Below are positions 13,617 through 25,914 of a stretch of 64,000 bases of DNA, piece by piece. Both the position numbers and the translations under genes were made by a program. This stretch comes from Leucoraja erinacea (taxonomy: Eukaryota), in the NCBI RefSeq assembly GCF_028641065.1, contig NW_026576170.1, positions 62,001-126,000 of the forward strand, given 5' to 3'. Position 1 is the stretch's first letter. Each line of letters opens with the position of its first letter. A model generated the notes under the pieces. It worked only from the letters and a program-made list of their open reading frames with translations, searched no databases and was not told the origin of the DNA.

Positions 13617-14289
13617 GCTTGCTGAGAGTTGTTTGCGCCAGGGATTTGAACCGCCAGCGATGTCCATCGTATTTGTTTTATCACGGATGTGCGGGGAAAG
13701 AGTCACCTTCCGCCTCTGATTTGGGTAAATGCGGATATAGGTGGTACGTGACACCCAATCGTCTCTGCGGAAAATTGTTCTCGATTCCACCAACCAGCTA
13801 GCAGCTGTGCGTGTTTCACACGTTGACTCGAGGCATGTTTCCGAGCTGGGAAAGGGAACGGGGAAAGATTCAGTCCCGATGCAAGTCGCGCCGGTTTCAC
13901 GAACAATTGTTTGGAACCAAGAGGGAGAAATATGAGGAGACCGCGTGGCACACGATACAAAGACTGCCACCAGTTGTGTTCAAACACGGTTACCGAGGGA
14001 GATTAAAATCCACGTGCTCTTTGCAACATGGGTTTAGTTCAAGTCCTCTCAGTGTCCCTAATTTAAGTAATCGGTGCATCTTTCCTTCGTGGGTCTGGAC
14101 TATTACCCAGTCTTAAACAATAATTGTCGATAAAGAGGCATTGAATTGAATGTACACAAAAATGCTGGAGACACTCAGCGGGTGCAGCAGCATCTATGGA
14201 GCGAAGGCGATAGGCAACGTTTCGGGCCGAAACCCTTCTTCAGACATTGAATTGAATGTAACTGCCCTGGGCAGAACATCCGTAAGTCA

Positions 14290-14304
14290 CCACTAGAGGG
14301 CAGC
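14290..14304 (+). promoter_or_regulatory. Putative CTCF-binding element upstream of V1
   Basis: CCACTAGAGGGCAGC matches the CTCF core consensus CCASYAGRKGGCRS almost perfectly. Confidence 0.7.
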
Positions 14305-14710
14305 AACTGCCCGCGGCCAAGCGAAACTTTGCCACGTTAGAATGGCCGCGCTGGTGGTCCAAAACTTACTTGCCAGATGAGTAGACTTGACTCGCCACCT
14401 GCGTATCTGATTGTCCAATTTTCAGAAGCTGGTCTTTTTCTGTGACGTGCTTTCGGCTCGATTCCCGGTGTGTGAATAGCCTTAGGTTTACGCCGTTTAT
14501 GGAGTTAGTTAGTTTTGGACTAACCGCCTATCAGTCAGGGTACCTAACTTCACTTTCAACATCGCCGTTACCTGGTCGGTCAGCACAGCTTTATTCAGTC
14601 AACGTTCATCATTGCACAGATCGTAACATTTACAGGCAAGCTCAGTTACAGAACTCTTTCTGCAAGTCTAGCCATGCCTATGTGTCTCGCGGTAATGCTA
14701 TTCGAACAGA

Positions 14711-14782
14711 GGCGCGGTGGCCAAGTGGCAAGGCGTCGGTCTCGTAAACCGAAGATCGCGGGTTCAAATCCCGTCCGCGCCT
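14711..14782 (+). tRNA. TRT-CGT: tRNA-Thr, anticodon CGT
   Basis: 72-nt cloverleaf: acceptor stem GGCGCGG/CCGCGCC, anticodon arm TCGGT-CTCGTAA-ACCGA, A box TGGCCAAGTGG, B box GGTTCAAATCC. Confidence 0.95.
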
Positions 14783-15352
14783 GCAGACGTATAGCTTCCT
14801 TTAGCACTCTGTATAGTGGCGCCCTATTCCAATTTCAAACTGCACAAAGCGGTCGCTCGGGTGCACTTGCGCTCTTTTTATCCTGCTATGAACACCACCC
14901 TTTAAAGCACGTTACTCATTTGGTGGATTCTCCAAAGTGAATCACGAAAATCGAAGGGCCGACTGGTCTACTCCTGCACCTATTATCTATTGTCCATTGT
15001 ATATTGTCCAACGTCGTGCTTTCGGTGTCGGGAACGATTTCCAATGTTTTTGACAGCAACTGTATATGATGTTGCATCGAATGGAGGGAACACTCTCATA
15101 GAAACATAGACAATAGGTGCAGGAGTAGGCCATTCGGCCCTTCGAGCCTGCACCGCCATTCAATATGATCATGGTTAATCAGCCAATTCAGTATCCCGTA
15201 CCTGCCTTCTCTCCATACCCCCCGATCCCTTTAGCCACAAGGGCCACATCTAACTCCCTCTTAAATATAGCCAATGAACTGTGGCCTCAACTAACTTCTG
15301 TGGCAGAGAATTCTCTGTGTGAAAAAATGTTTTTTCTCATCTCGGTCCTAAA

Positions 15353-15656
15353 NNNNNNNNNNNNNNNNNNNNNNNNNNNNNNNNNNNNNNNNNNNNNNNN
15401 NNNNNNNNNNNNNNNNNNNNNNNNNNNNNNNNNNNNNNNNNNNNNNNNNNNNNNNNNNNNNNNNNNNNNNNNNNNNNNNNNNNNNNNNNNNNNNNNNNNN
15501 NNNNNNNNNNNNNNNNNNNNNNNNNNNNNNNNNNNNNNNNNNNNNNNNNNNNNNNNNNNNNNNNNNNNNNNNNNNNNNNNNNNNNNNNNNNNNNNNNNNN
15601 NNNNNNNNNNNNNNNNNNNNNNNNNCCTCACATCTTCTTACCCCCAGCCATCTCTT

Positions 15657-15704
<48 letters not shown>

Positions 15705-15971
15705 CCTCCCACTCTGTCTCTCCCCNNNNNNNNNNNNNNNNNNNNNNNNNNNNNNNNNNNNNNNNNNNNNNNNNNNNNNNNNNNNNNNNNNNNNNNNNNN
15801 NNNNNNNNNNNNNNNNNNNNNNNNNNNNNNNNNNNNNNNNNNNNNNNNNNNNNNNNNNNNNNNNNNNNNNNNNNNNNNNNNNNNNNNNNNNNNNNNNNNN
15901 NNNNNNNNNNNNNNNNNNNNNNNNNNNNNNNNNNNNNNNNNNNNNNNNNNNNNNNNNNNNNNNNNNNNNNN
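15353..15971. other. Two assembly gaps (15353-15625, 15726-15971) flanking (CT)n repeats
   Basis: Runs of N. Confidence 0.99.
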
Positions 15972-16825
15972 CTTTCTCTATCTCGCTCTCTCTCTCTCTC
16001 TCTCTCACACACAAAAGCACACACAGGCACAGTAACAAATATGTCACAGAAAGAGTTCAATCTAGCAGAATAATACACCATAGCACTTGAGATATTTTAA
16101 ATCAGGACTGGGTATCGCACATCATGAACAGATATTGAGTGAAATTAGGATGATGGCATTTGAAAGTTGACTAAATCTGCTGTTTCGCAATTCACAGCGA
16201 TAAAGGCGACGAGGAGTAACTTATATCATACTGTACGTATACAAATAATCAACGTTAGTTTAAGCAGTGTTATGAGAAGTGACTTAAGCCACCTATATAC
16301 GGCCGTGAGTAATGTGAAGGCTGACCGTTCCAGGTGTTCGTGTGGTTTATCTGATTTTTTTTAACAAGACCACTTGGTGTCATGCACAGGGTGAAAAATG
16401 AATAGAAACATTGCCCCAATTACAGAGCACACCCGAGTATGAGCAGCGGTTGAGTCCACTGTGTTATAGCGCTTGGTGTGTAGCGAACTGAGGCTGGGGA
16501 GAGTTTAAAGGAAACATGAATTGTAACTGGATCTAGTGACCTTGTGCTACTTAGATTAAAGAGTGGCTTCGTGTAATACAATGGCCGTCAGTGAAATGTA
16601 GGCAGATGGCAATGGATGTTAAATATGCCAATGTCGTGCAAATGGTGACAGGGAATAAGGGCAATGGACATTAGACAATATACAATAAACAATAGGTGCA
16701 GGAGTAGGCCATTCGGCCGTTCGAGCCAACAGCGGCATTCACTGTGATCATGGCTGACCATCTACATCAATACTAGCTTTCTCCCAATATGCCTTGACTC
16801 CGCTATCTTTAAGAGCTCTATCGAA

Positions 16826-17043
16826 TGCCCCTGTCCCACTTAGGAAACCTGAACGGAAACCTCTGGAGACTTTGCGCCCCACCCACGTTTTCCGTGCGGT
16901 TCCCGGAGGTTGCAGGTGGTTGACGGAGGTTGCAGGTAGTGGAAGCAGGTAGGGAGACTGACAAAGACCTCCGGTAAACTCCGGGAACCGCGCGGAAACA
17001 TTGGGTGGGGCGCAAAGTCTCCAGGTTTTCTAAGTTGAGACCC
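16826..17043. mobile_element. Harbinger/PIF-type MITE with long inverted arms; partial copies at about 25214-25390 and 40599-40745
   Basis: Terminus GCCCCTGTCCCACTTAGGAAA; arm GGAGACTTTGCGCCCCACCCA is mirrored by TGGGTGGGGCGCAAAGTCTCC. Confidence 0.7.
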
Positions 17044-17236
17044 TCTTGAAAGCATCCAGAAAATTGGGCTCCACTGCCTTCTGAGGCAGACAATTCCACA
17101 TATTCACAACTCCGTGCGCGAGAAAAGAGTCCTCGTCACCGTTCTAAATGACTTGCCCCTTATTCTCAAATTGTGCCACTGGTTCTGGACTTCCCCAACA
17201 TCGGGAACGCGTTTCCTGCCTCGAGCGTGTCCAAAC

Positions 17237-19460
17237 CTTTGAGGGTATGAGACGTGAATTGGCCAAGATTGACTGGCAATTAATTCTAAAAGGGTTGACG
17301 GTGGATATGCAACGGAAGACATTTAAAGACTGCATGGATGAACTACAAATATTGTTCATCCCAGTTTGGCAAAATAATAAATCAGGGAAGGTAGTACATC
17401 CGTGGATAACAAGGGAAATCAGGGATAGTATCAAAGCGAAGGATGATGCGTACAAATTAGCCAGAAAAAGCAGCATACCGGAGGACTGGGAGAAATTCAG
17501 AGACCAGCAGAGGAGGACAAAGGGCTTAATTAGGAAAGGAAAAATAGATTATGAAATAAAACTGGCAGGGAACATAAAAACTGACTGCAAACGTTTTTAT
17601 AGATATGTGAAAAGAAAGAGATTAGTTAAAACAAATGTAGGTCCCTTGCAGTCAGAAACAGGTGAGTTGATCATGGGGAACAAGGATATGGCGGACCAAT
17701 TGAATAACTACTTTGGTTCCGTCTTCACTAAGGAAGACATAAATAATTTGCCGGAAATAACAGGGGACCGCGGTTCCAGGCTAATCCAGGTTAGCCGGGA
17801 AGTGGTGTTGGGTAAATTGAATGGATTAAAGGCCGATAAATCCCCAGGGCCAGATAGGCTGCATCCCAGAGTACTTAAGGAAGTAGCTCCAGAAATAGTG
17901 GATGCATTAGTAATAATCATTCAAAACTCTTTAGATTCTGGAGTAGTTCCTGAGGATTGGCGGGTAGCAAACGTAACCCAACTTTTTAAGAAGGGAGGGA
18001 GAGAGAAAACGGGGAATTACAGACCAGTTAGTTTAACATCGGTAGTGGGGAAACTGCTAGAGTCAGTTATTAAAGATGGGATAGCAGCACATTTGGAAAG
18101 TGGTGAAATCATTGGACGAAGTCAGCATGGATTTACGAAAGGTAAATCATGTCTGACGAATCTTATAGAATTTTTCGAGGATGTAACTAGTAGCGTGGAT
18201 AGGGGAGAACCAGTGGATGTGGTGTATCTGGACTTCCAGAAGGCTTTTGACAAGGTCCCACATAAGAGATTAGTATACAAATTTAAAGCAAACGGCATTG
18301 GGGTTTCAGTATTGATGTGGATAGAGAACTGGCTGGCAAGCAGGAAGCAAAGCGTAGGGGTAAACGGGTCTTTTTCACAATGGCAGGCAGTGACTAGTGG
18401 GGTACCGCAAGGCTCAGTGCTGGGACCCCAGCTATTTACAATATATATTAATGATCTGGATGAGGGAATTGAAGGCAATATCTCCAAGTTTGCGGATGAC
18501 ACTAAGCTGGGGGGGGGGGGGGGGGGGCAGTGTTAGCTGTGAGGAGGATGCTAGGAGACTGCAAGGTGACTTGGATAGGCTGAGTGAGTGGGCAAATGTT
18601 TGGCAGATGCAGTATAATGTGGATAAATGTGAGGTTATCCTTTTTGTTGGCAAAAACGGGAAAGCAGACTATTATCTAAATGGTGCCCGATTGGGAAAGG
18701 GGGAGATGCAGCGAGACCTGGGTGTCATGGTACACCAGTCATTGAAGGTAGGCATGCAGTAAAGAAAGCGAATGGTATGTTAGCTTTCATTGCAAAAGGA
18801 TTTGAGTATAGGAGCAGAGAGGTTCTACTGCAGTTGTACAGGGTCTTGGTGAGACCACACCTGGAGTATTGCGTACGGTTTTGGTCTCAAAATCTGAGGA
18901 AGGACATTATTGCCATAGAGGGAGTGCAGAGAAGGTTCACCAGACTGATTCCTGGGATGTCAGGACTGTCTTATGAAGAAAGACTGGATAGACTTGGTTT
19001 ATACTCTCTAGAATTTAGGAGATTGAGAGCGGATCTTATAGGAACTTACAAAATTCTTAAGGGGTTGTACAGGCTAGATGCAGGAAGATTGTTCCCGATG
19101 TTGGGGAAGTCCAGGACAAGGGGTCACAATAGTCAATAGTCAATAGTCAATTTAATTGTCAACAGCTTAAGGATCAGGGGGAAATCCTTTAAAACCGAGA
19201 TGAGAAGAACTTTTTTCACACAGAGAGTGGTGAATCTCTGGAACTCTCTGCCACAGAGGGTAGTTGAGGCCAGTTCATTGGCTATATTTAAGAGGGAGTT
19301 AGATGTGGCCCTTGTGGCTAAAGGGGATCAGAGGGTATGGAGAGAAGGCAGGTACGGGATACTTAGTTGGATGATCAGCCATGATCATATTGAATGGCGG
19401 TGCAGGCTCGAAAGGCCGAATGGCCTACTCCTACACCTAATTTCTATGTTTCTATTTTTC
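17237..19460 (+). mobile_element. CR1 LINE with a long open RT fragment
   Basis: ORF to 18536 with [27 protein letters not shown] and FADD motifs; frame broken at a G19 run (18509-18527); 3' tail near 19450. Confidence 0.95.
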
Positions 19461-20288
19461 TATCCCTTAATAATCGTATATCTTTCTGTAAGAATCCCCT
19501 CTCATCCTCGTCTCGGAAAGGGTGTCACTTTGTAATAAGGAGTAGCGTTTGGCCCACGAGGGAAGGGTTCATTTAATACAGTGACTGTTTCCCGTGCAGC
19601 AAATGTGATGAAAATGTGAACGGAGGCGAGGCCTGGATCAACCGGGAGACGTTTTATTGAAACAGTGACCAGGTAGAAAAGCTTTACAGATACTGCAGCA
19701 CCGGTATCAGGCAGATTACGCTGGGTATATAGAACAGGACAGATGGCCTCGGGTAAATATAAAAACAGGGCTAAAGCTTCAGGTCAAATATCCTTCATCA
19801 GAACAATGACAACACCGCGTTAAAAGAACCAGGCCGAGTGATTGGACTGAAGGGACTGGTGTATATGCAAAGGGGACTGTGGTAAAACGTGGATTCAAGT
19901 GGATTCTAAGAAGGGAGTTTTTTAAATTAAACTTGCAATAAGATGTTTGGTAATAGCAGTATCATAGATGAAAGGGTAAAGGCGGCGAGTACCTCTGGAA
20001 TACGTAATCAGAATGGATATTATTTTATGGGAAATACTTTAATTTAACTTTAAGCTTCACATCATTAACGTCGTGTTAAAACGGAATTGCCTAACAGCTG
20101 CCGAACAGACGAAACATCGCGTTCTACCCAAAAATAAATGGTGATTTTCAAATATACATAATTATCCATAGGTCTCCCTGATCATCCATCCATCTATTAT
20201 TATATCTCTATTTCCTGGCAGTCCAGCTGATCACAACAGCAATCACAGCCATCTAAAGGCAGAGAATACGCAACAGCACTCGTCAATT

Positions 20289-20990
20289 AACCATATAACA
20301 AAACATATAACAATTACAGCACGGAAACAGGCCATCTCGGCCCTACAAGTCCGTGCCGAACAACTTTTTTCCCTTAGTCCCACCTGCCTGCGCTCATACC
20401 ATAACCCTCCATTCCCTTCTCATTCATATGCCTATCCAATTAATTTTTAAATAATACCAACGAACCTGCCTCCACCACTTCCACTGGAAGCTCATTCCAC
20501 ACCGCTACCACTCTCTGAGTAAAGAGTTCCCCCTCATGTTACCCCTAAACTTCTGTCCCTTAATTCTGAAGTCATGTCCTCTTGTTTGAATCTTCCCTAT
20601 CCTCAAAGGGAAAAACTGATCCACATCAACTCTGTTTATCCCTCTCCTTGTACAATTTTAACATTACATCCCAGCTTCTATACTCAATGCTCTTATTTAT
20701 AAAGGCTAGCATACCAAAAGCTTTCTTTACCACCCTATCTATATGAGATTCCGCCTTCAAGGAACTATGCACGGTTATTCCCAGATCCTTCTGTTCAACT
20801 GTATTCTTCAATTCCCTACCATTTACCATGTACAACCTCTTTAGATTTGTTCTGCGAAGGTGTAGCACCTCACATTTATCAGCATGAAACTCCATCTGCC
20901 ATCTTTCAGCCCATTCTTCCAAATGGCCTAAATCACTCTGTAGACTTTGGAAATCCTCTTCAAAGTCTACAGAGTGATTTAGGCCATTTG
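20289..20990 (-). mobile_element. CR1 3' portion, second family with (CCATATAA)n tail; further copies at about 32405-32870(+), 47411-47860(-), 52729-53065(-)
   Basis: WAERWQMEFHADKCEVLH motif and shared 3' UTR. Confidence 0.85.
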
Positions 20991-21049
20991 GAATTCTACA
21001 AGGCACAGAAAGAACATGCAAACCAAACAAGACGTTTAATATGTTTGAG

Positions 21050-21510
21050 AAGGGACTGCAGATGCTGGAAAATAGAAGGTAGACAAAAGTGCTGGAGAAA
21101 CTCAGCGGGTGCGGCAGCATCTGTGGGGCGAAGGAAATAGGCGGAAACCCTTCTACAGACTGATGTTGGCGGGGGCGGGAAAAAATAAAGAAAGAGGAGG
21201 AGCCAGAGGGCTGAGGAAGAGCTAAGAATGGGAGGAGACAGTGAGGGCTACCGGAAATTGGAGAAGTCAATGTTCATGCCGCTGGGGTGAAAGCGAAATA
21301 TGAGATGCTGCTCCTCCAATTTCCGGTCGTGCTCACTCTGGCCATGGAGGAGGCCCAGGACAGAAAGGTCAGATTCGGAATGGGAGGGGGGATTGAAGTG
21401 CTGAGCCACCGGGAGATCAGGTTGGTTATTGCGGACCGAGCGGAGGTGTTCGTAAGGAACTTCAGATGCTGGAGAATCGAAGGTAGACAAATCAAGTGCT
21501 GGAGGAGGAA
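21050..21510 (-). mobile_element. Penelope-like element 3' end (GIY-YIG C-terminus plus pseudo-LTR)
   Basis: EHLRSVR...LPVAQHFN...HSESDLSVLGLL...RKLEEQHLIF...PSGMNIDFSNFR. Confidence 0.85.
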
Positions 21511-21839
21511 CATTTAAAAGTAAGATGAACTGGAATTCGCACATGGACATTCGTGCAAGGGTTGGACCGTGGTGATCCGTTCTGAGCGACGCGTTATGAA
21601 TAAGACGAGAGAGACGCAATCATTTTATTTAGGAGCTATCTCCGTAAATATATTATTTATCCCGTTTCTGTACCGCTGGTCTCTCGTCCTCAAACACTCT
21701 GAGACGGCGCACAGAGCGATATTGAAGATAAGAGATTGTGAATCGCACCCCTCCCTCCACCCGCGCTCCGACACACATTTCCATTTGAACATATATTTAT
21801 TCTTTGTACTTATTATCAAGGGAATCAAATGTTGTATTC

Positions 21840-22300
21840 CCGATCCTGGCCCCTCTCCACTGGTTCCCTGTGCGGTTCCGTATACATTTCAAGACCCTCC
21901 TCTATGTCTACAAAGCCCTCGATGGGCTTACCCCCTCCTACATTAAAAGTCTTCTCACCCACAACTCAGATCGAACGGCTTGGGGCTTCTGAATATCCCG
22001 CGGTCTAGGCATAAACTTAGGGGCGACCGCGCCTTTGCGGTTGCAGCTCCTAGACTGTGAAACAGCATCCCCCTTCCCATCAGAACTGCCCCCTCCATCG
22101 ACACCTTTAAGTCTAGACTAAAACATTATCTATACTCACAAGCCTTTCCTGACGTCCACTGAGCGAGGGATATATGTATATATGTATGTAGTTTGTTTGT
22201 TTATACTATTCTTATAACAAATGTAAAGCACTTTGGCCAACGAGAGTTGTTTTTCAAATGTGCTGTATAAATAAATGTGACTTGACTTGACTAAATGTGA
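21840..22300 (+). mobile_element. L2 LINE 3' end abutting the G1 stop codon
   Basis: PILAPLHWFPVRFRIHFKTLLYVYKAL motif; AATAAA followed by a (GACTT)n tail. Confidence 0.8.
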
Positions 22301-22319
22301 CTTTTCTCACTTGTACTCA

Positions 22320-24961
22320 CTATTTGAGCCATTTCCTAATTTCTTTCAAGGGGGATTGAATCGCATTTTTCAACTGCTCTCTGAATTTGGTCTGCGTCCC
22401 TGCATAAATGCAGGAGTTGGTGCAGGAACTGAGAAGCTCCAACATGTATCCGCTCTCCTGTAGAATAAACCTTGGGTCATTGGAATTGGAGCCGCTGGCA
22501 TAGTTATTGCTGGTAAATTGCACATATAGAAAATTGACAACATATGTCAACCGCAACAGGAGAAAACTGCCCGAGATTGCCATGAGTAAAATGATGGACT
22601 TTCGCCTGCTCTCCATCTCTGGGTCCCTCTGTTTGGGACCAGTGCTCTGGGCCCTGAGCCTCCTGCGAACTCCACTGGCTGATAGAATGTGCCTGACTGT
22701 CAGAATATTGAGCAGGAAAATCGAAACGAAGGGGAAAAAGGGATTTATAATGCGGTCAAACCAGTCAGAAACCCTCCATGCAATCGAAGTATAATATACA
22801 TCTTTTATGGTGCAGTACCAGGGCACATCGTCAATGATGTAGGCAGGCTCGTATACAAAGTAGGTTGGGACGTTTTTCAAACAACCCACCACACAGATTG
22901 CGCACACGACGATATTCGCGATTCTCTCGCGGCAATACCTAAGTTTCAGTCCCTGGCAACAAATGGCGATGAAGCGATCGAATGTGAATGCGACCGTCAG
23001 CCAAGAGGACGTGTCCTTGGACGCCCAGCTCAGGACAATAACGAGACTGCAACCCGGAGTGACGGAGAGCAAGCTGACTGGAAAATATATCGCTCGAAGT
23101 CGGCTTAATATCACAGCGTTAATAATAACCAGGAAATCCGTCACTGCCATGAACACCAGGTAGCGTGTGATGCATTTGGAGAGACCACATCCTCCGAGGG
23201 ACAGGATGACTATCGTTACTAAGTTCGCTGTAAGAGAAAGGGAGATACTGGATCAGTCGGAATCAGGCTGCCCTCTACATCATCAGTCTACATCATCAGC
23301 GTATTGAGGAAACGGGAAAATTTATTTTCCCAATTAATCTTTACAATGCAATACAATACAATATTCATTGTTATTTGAACCGCAGTAGGCTTAAACGAAA
23401 TTCTGTTTCTACAGCCATACAAACAAAACAACGATTCCTACTCGACGCACAACCAATTCACACAAACATCCATCACAGTGAACCTCTTCCCCACTGTGGT
23501 GGAAGGTAAAGTCTTTTCTTTCCCCAGCTCTCCATTTTTCTCCCGATGTTGAAGCCCGCTGTAATCTTAATGCTATTGGAATGCCTAAATGGATATCAAT
23601 GTGCGGTTTGAGCTGATTATGCCAGTTGAACTCGCGAATGTTAAACAAAGATCTTGATTGCCCGCTTCAAGGGTCCAAACTGGTAAAAGTTCCCTAGAAT
23701 GACCCACCGAGTCCACGGGGAACATCGCTCTCCCGTTCACTCGAGTTCTGTTATCACACTGCCAAGGGGCAATTTATCGTCTGAAAGAATGAAAAAGAAC
23801 GAATGAGTTTATTAGCCAAGTATTCACATACAAGGAATTTGCCTTGGTGCTCCGACCGCAAGTGACAACATACAGTGACCTAGGAATGACACATAAAACA
23901 TTAAACATTAATATTAAAATGTATCGATTAAACATGTGAATTAAATAAAATACCAGAACAAAAGGAGGCTACAGATTTTTGGTTATTGAGTCGTGGAAAA
24001 AAAATCTGTTTTTTATTTCTGGGTGTGGCAGCGTTGACAGTCCGGAGTCGCCTTCCAGAGGTAAGTGATTCAAAGCGTCTGTGTATATCTATACACTGTA
24101 ATTTGCTCGATTGCAATAATATATTGTCTTACTGCTGACTGGGTGGCATAAAAAAACACAAGCTTTTCACTATACCTCGGCACACGTGACAGTAAACAAA
24201 ATTGTAAATTGCAAACTGTAAACTGTATAAGGAAGCAAAAGCATTCTGGTTTAAAAACTGCATCATATCAATCTGAACATTCCGTGTTGATGTTATATTC
24301 CCACATGCCTAATTATTCATCGTGGTAAATAATTTGTTACATACCCGTGCAAAAGTTACACCAGAAAATAAACATTAAGGTAGATTAGTATGTGGGACAC
24401 CGCAGCAAACGTTTGTGGATGGATAACCAGAAGTTGCATCGGTCGGACAGGATGAGCATGTGTAATTAGCTTAATATCCTCAGTCGATAAATCAATTTTA
24501 AGTGATAGCACCGAAGCACGTTTTAAATTGTAAGCAGATTACTATCAGTGATGTTCTCACTTGCCCAGAGAACGTCGATATTCCAGTCAAAAGTGTAATC
24601 AAACGTAATTTCAAACAAAAGATGAGACAAGAAATATACGCGATTTCATTGCACAGGCCAATATTATAGAACACGTTATTTTTGAATCAATATTAACAAC
24701 CTCCCCTTGCAAGTAATTTGGTCAAATTAATATTTACTTTCAATCTCACAAAACAGCGGAGATCTGGGGCCGTATTTTCTTTGCACCGTAAGAAAACTGA
24801 AATAAAATGACCACCAATTAGTAATAAGCAATTGCTGCGCGGCGTAACCGGCAGAGTCACTGTCCGTTGTTAACAGGTACTGGTGCCTTACCTGGAACAC
24901 CGAACGATGCAAGGAGAGAATAGTAAATTGCAAAGACCGGCCCATTTCCAGGAGCGTGCAT
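22320..24961 (-). CDS. GPR139/GPR142-like class A GPCR G1, join(24892-24961, 22320-23227), 325 aa
   Basis: Exon 1 MHAPGNGPVFAIYYSLLASFGVP ends at a GTAAGG donor; exon 2 starts ANLVTI after TTACAG. Seven hydrophobic segments with WLTVAFTFDRFIAIC, DPEMESRRKS and SSCTNSCIY motifs; no internal stops. Confidence 0.92.
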
Positions 24962-25389
24962 TTTTCTTCTGAACGGTAGACTAGTGAGATGCAATGTCTG
25001 ATATCGGCGCTTCCGCACATCTTTATTCACACGATTGTATTCCCTGAAGTGGCAATTAACCTGGATTACGACAAAGTGTTGATTGCAGTATTCTGAACGA
25101 AGAGATCAAACAGCCATGATCATGCGTTTTGAAATTAAGCAGATGTAATGCATTTAAAGTGAAAGCACAAATCAGATAAAATAGAAGTTTGTTACTGGTA
25201 TTGGTTTCGTTAAGCCCCTGTCCCACTTAGGAAACCTGAACGGAAACCTCTGGAGACTTTTCGCCCCACCCAAAGTTTCCGTGCGGTTTCCGGAGGATCC
25301 CGGAGGTTTTTGTCAGTCTCCCTACCTGCTTCCACTACCTGCAACCTCCTGCAACCTCCGGAAACCGCACGGAAACCTTGGGTGGGGCA

Positions 25390-25880
25390 CCAGGGTTATG
25401 ATTCTGCTCGTTAAACCTGCAGTAGAACTCATTCAGTTCGTTGATCAGCTGGCGATTGTCCAAGGAGCGTGGGGCTTTCCTCTTGTAGCTGGTGATTTCT
25501 CGCAAGCCCTTCCGAACTGAAGAAGAATCACTAGCTGAGAACTTGCTCCTCAACTTCTCAGAGTGCCTTTCCTTGGCAGCTCTGATTACTCTTCTCAGCT
25601 TGTTCTTGGCCTGCCTGTAGAGGTCTGCATCTCCGCTCCTGTAGGCTTCCCCTTTAGACCGTCGGAGCTGTCTGAGTTCTGCAGTAAACCAGGACTCGTT
25701 GTTGATGGACGAGATCCGAGTCCTAGTTGGAATGCAACTGTCCTCACAAAAGCTGACGTATGTTGATATAGTGTCTGTATACTCGTCGAGGCTTGTGGTT
25801 GCTTCCCTGAACACATTCCAATCCGTGCAATCAAAGCAGGATAGTATGTTCTCGCTTGTCCACCTTTCCATTGTTCTGCC
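25390..25880 (-). mobile_element. Rex1/Babar-type LINE internal fragment
   Basis: CFDCTDWNVF...LDEYTDTISTYVSFCEDSCIPTRT...WFTAELRQLR. Confidence 0.8.
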
Positions 25881-25914
25881 CACAGGCTCAGTAGATTTTA
25901 ATGGTTTCAGTTGG

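Noticed and set aside
15165-16081. Long ORFs spanning N-runs (also 50597-51292)
   Set aside because: Artefacts of assembly gaps
17148-18536. 462-aa reverse transcriptase ORF as a domesticated or active gene
   Set aside because: 5'-truncated CR1 with no endonuclease domain, a downstream frameshift and a nested insertion
23474-23498. CACAGTG-11 nt-CACTGTG heptamer pair in the G1 intron, resembling a D segment
   Set aside because: The heptamers face the wrong way for a D segment and there are no nonamers at 12/23 spacing; it looks like a hairpin in a repeat.
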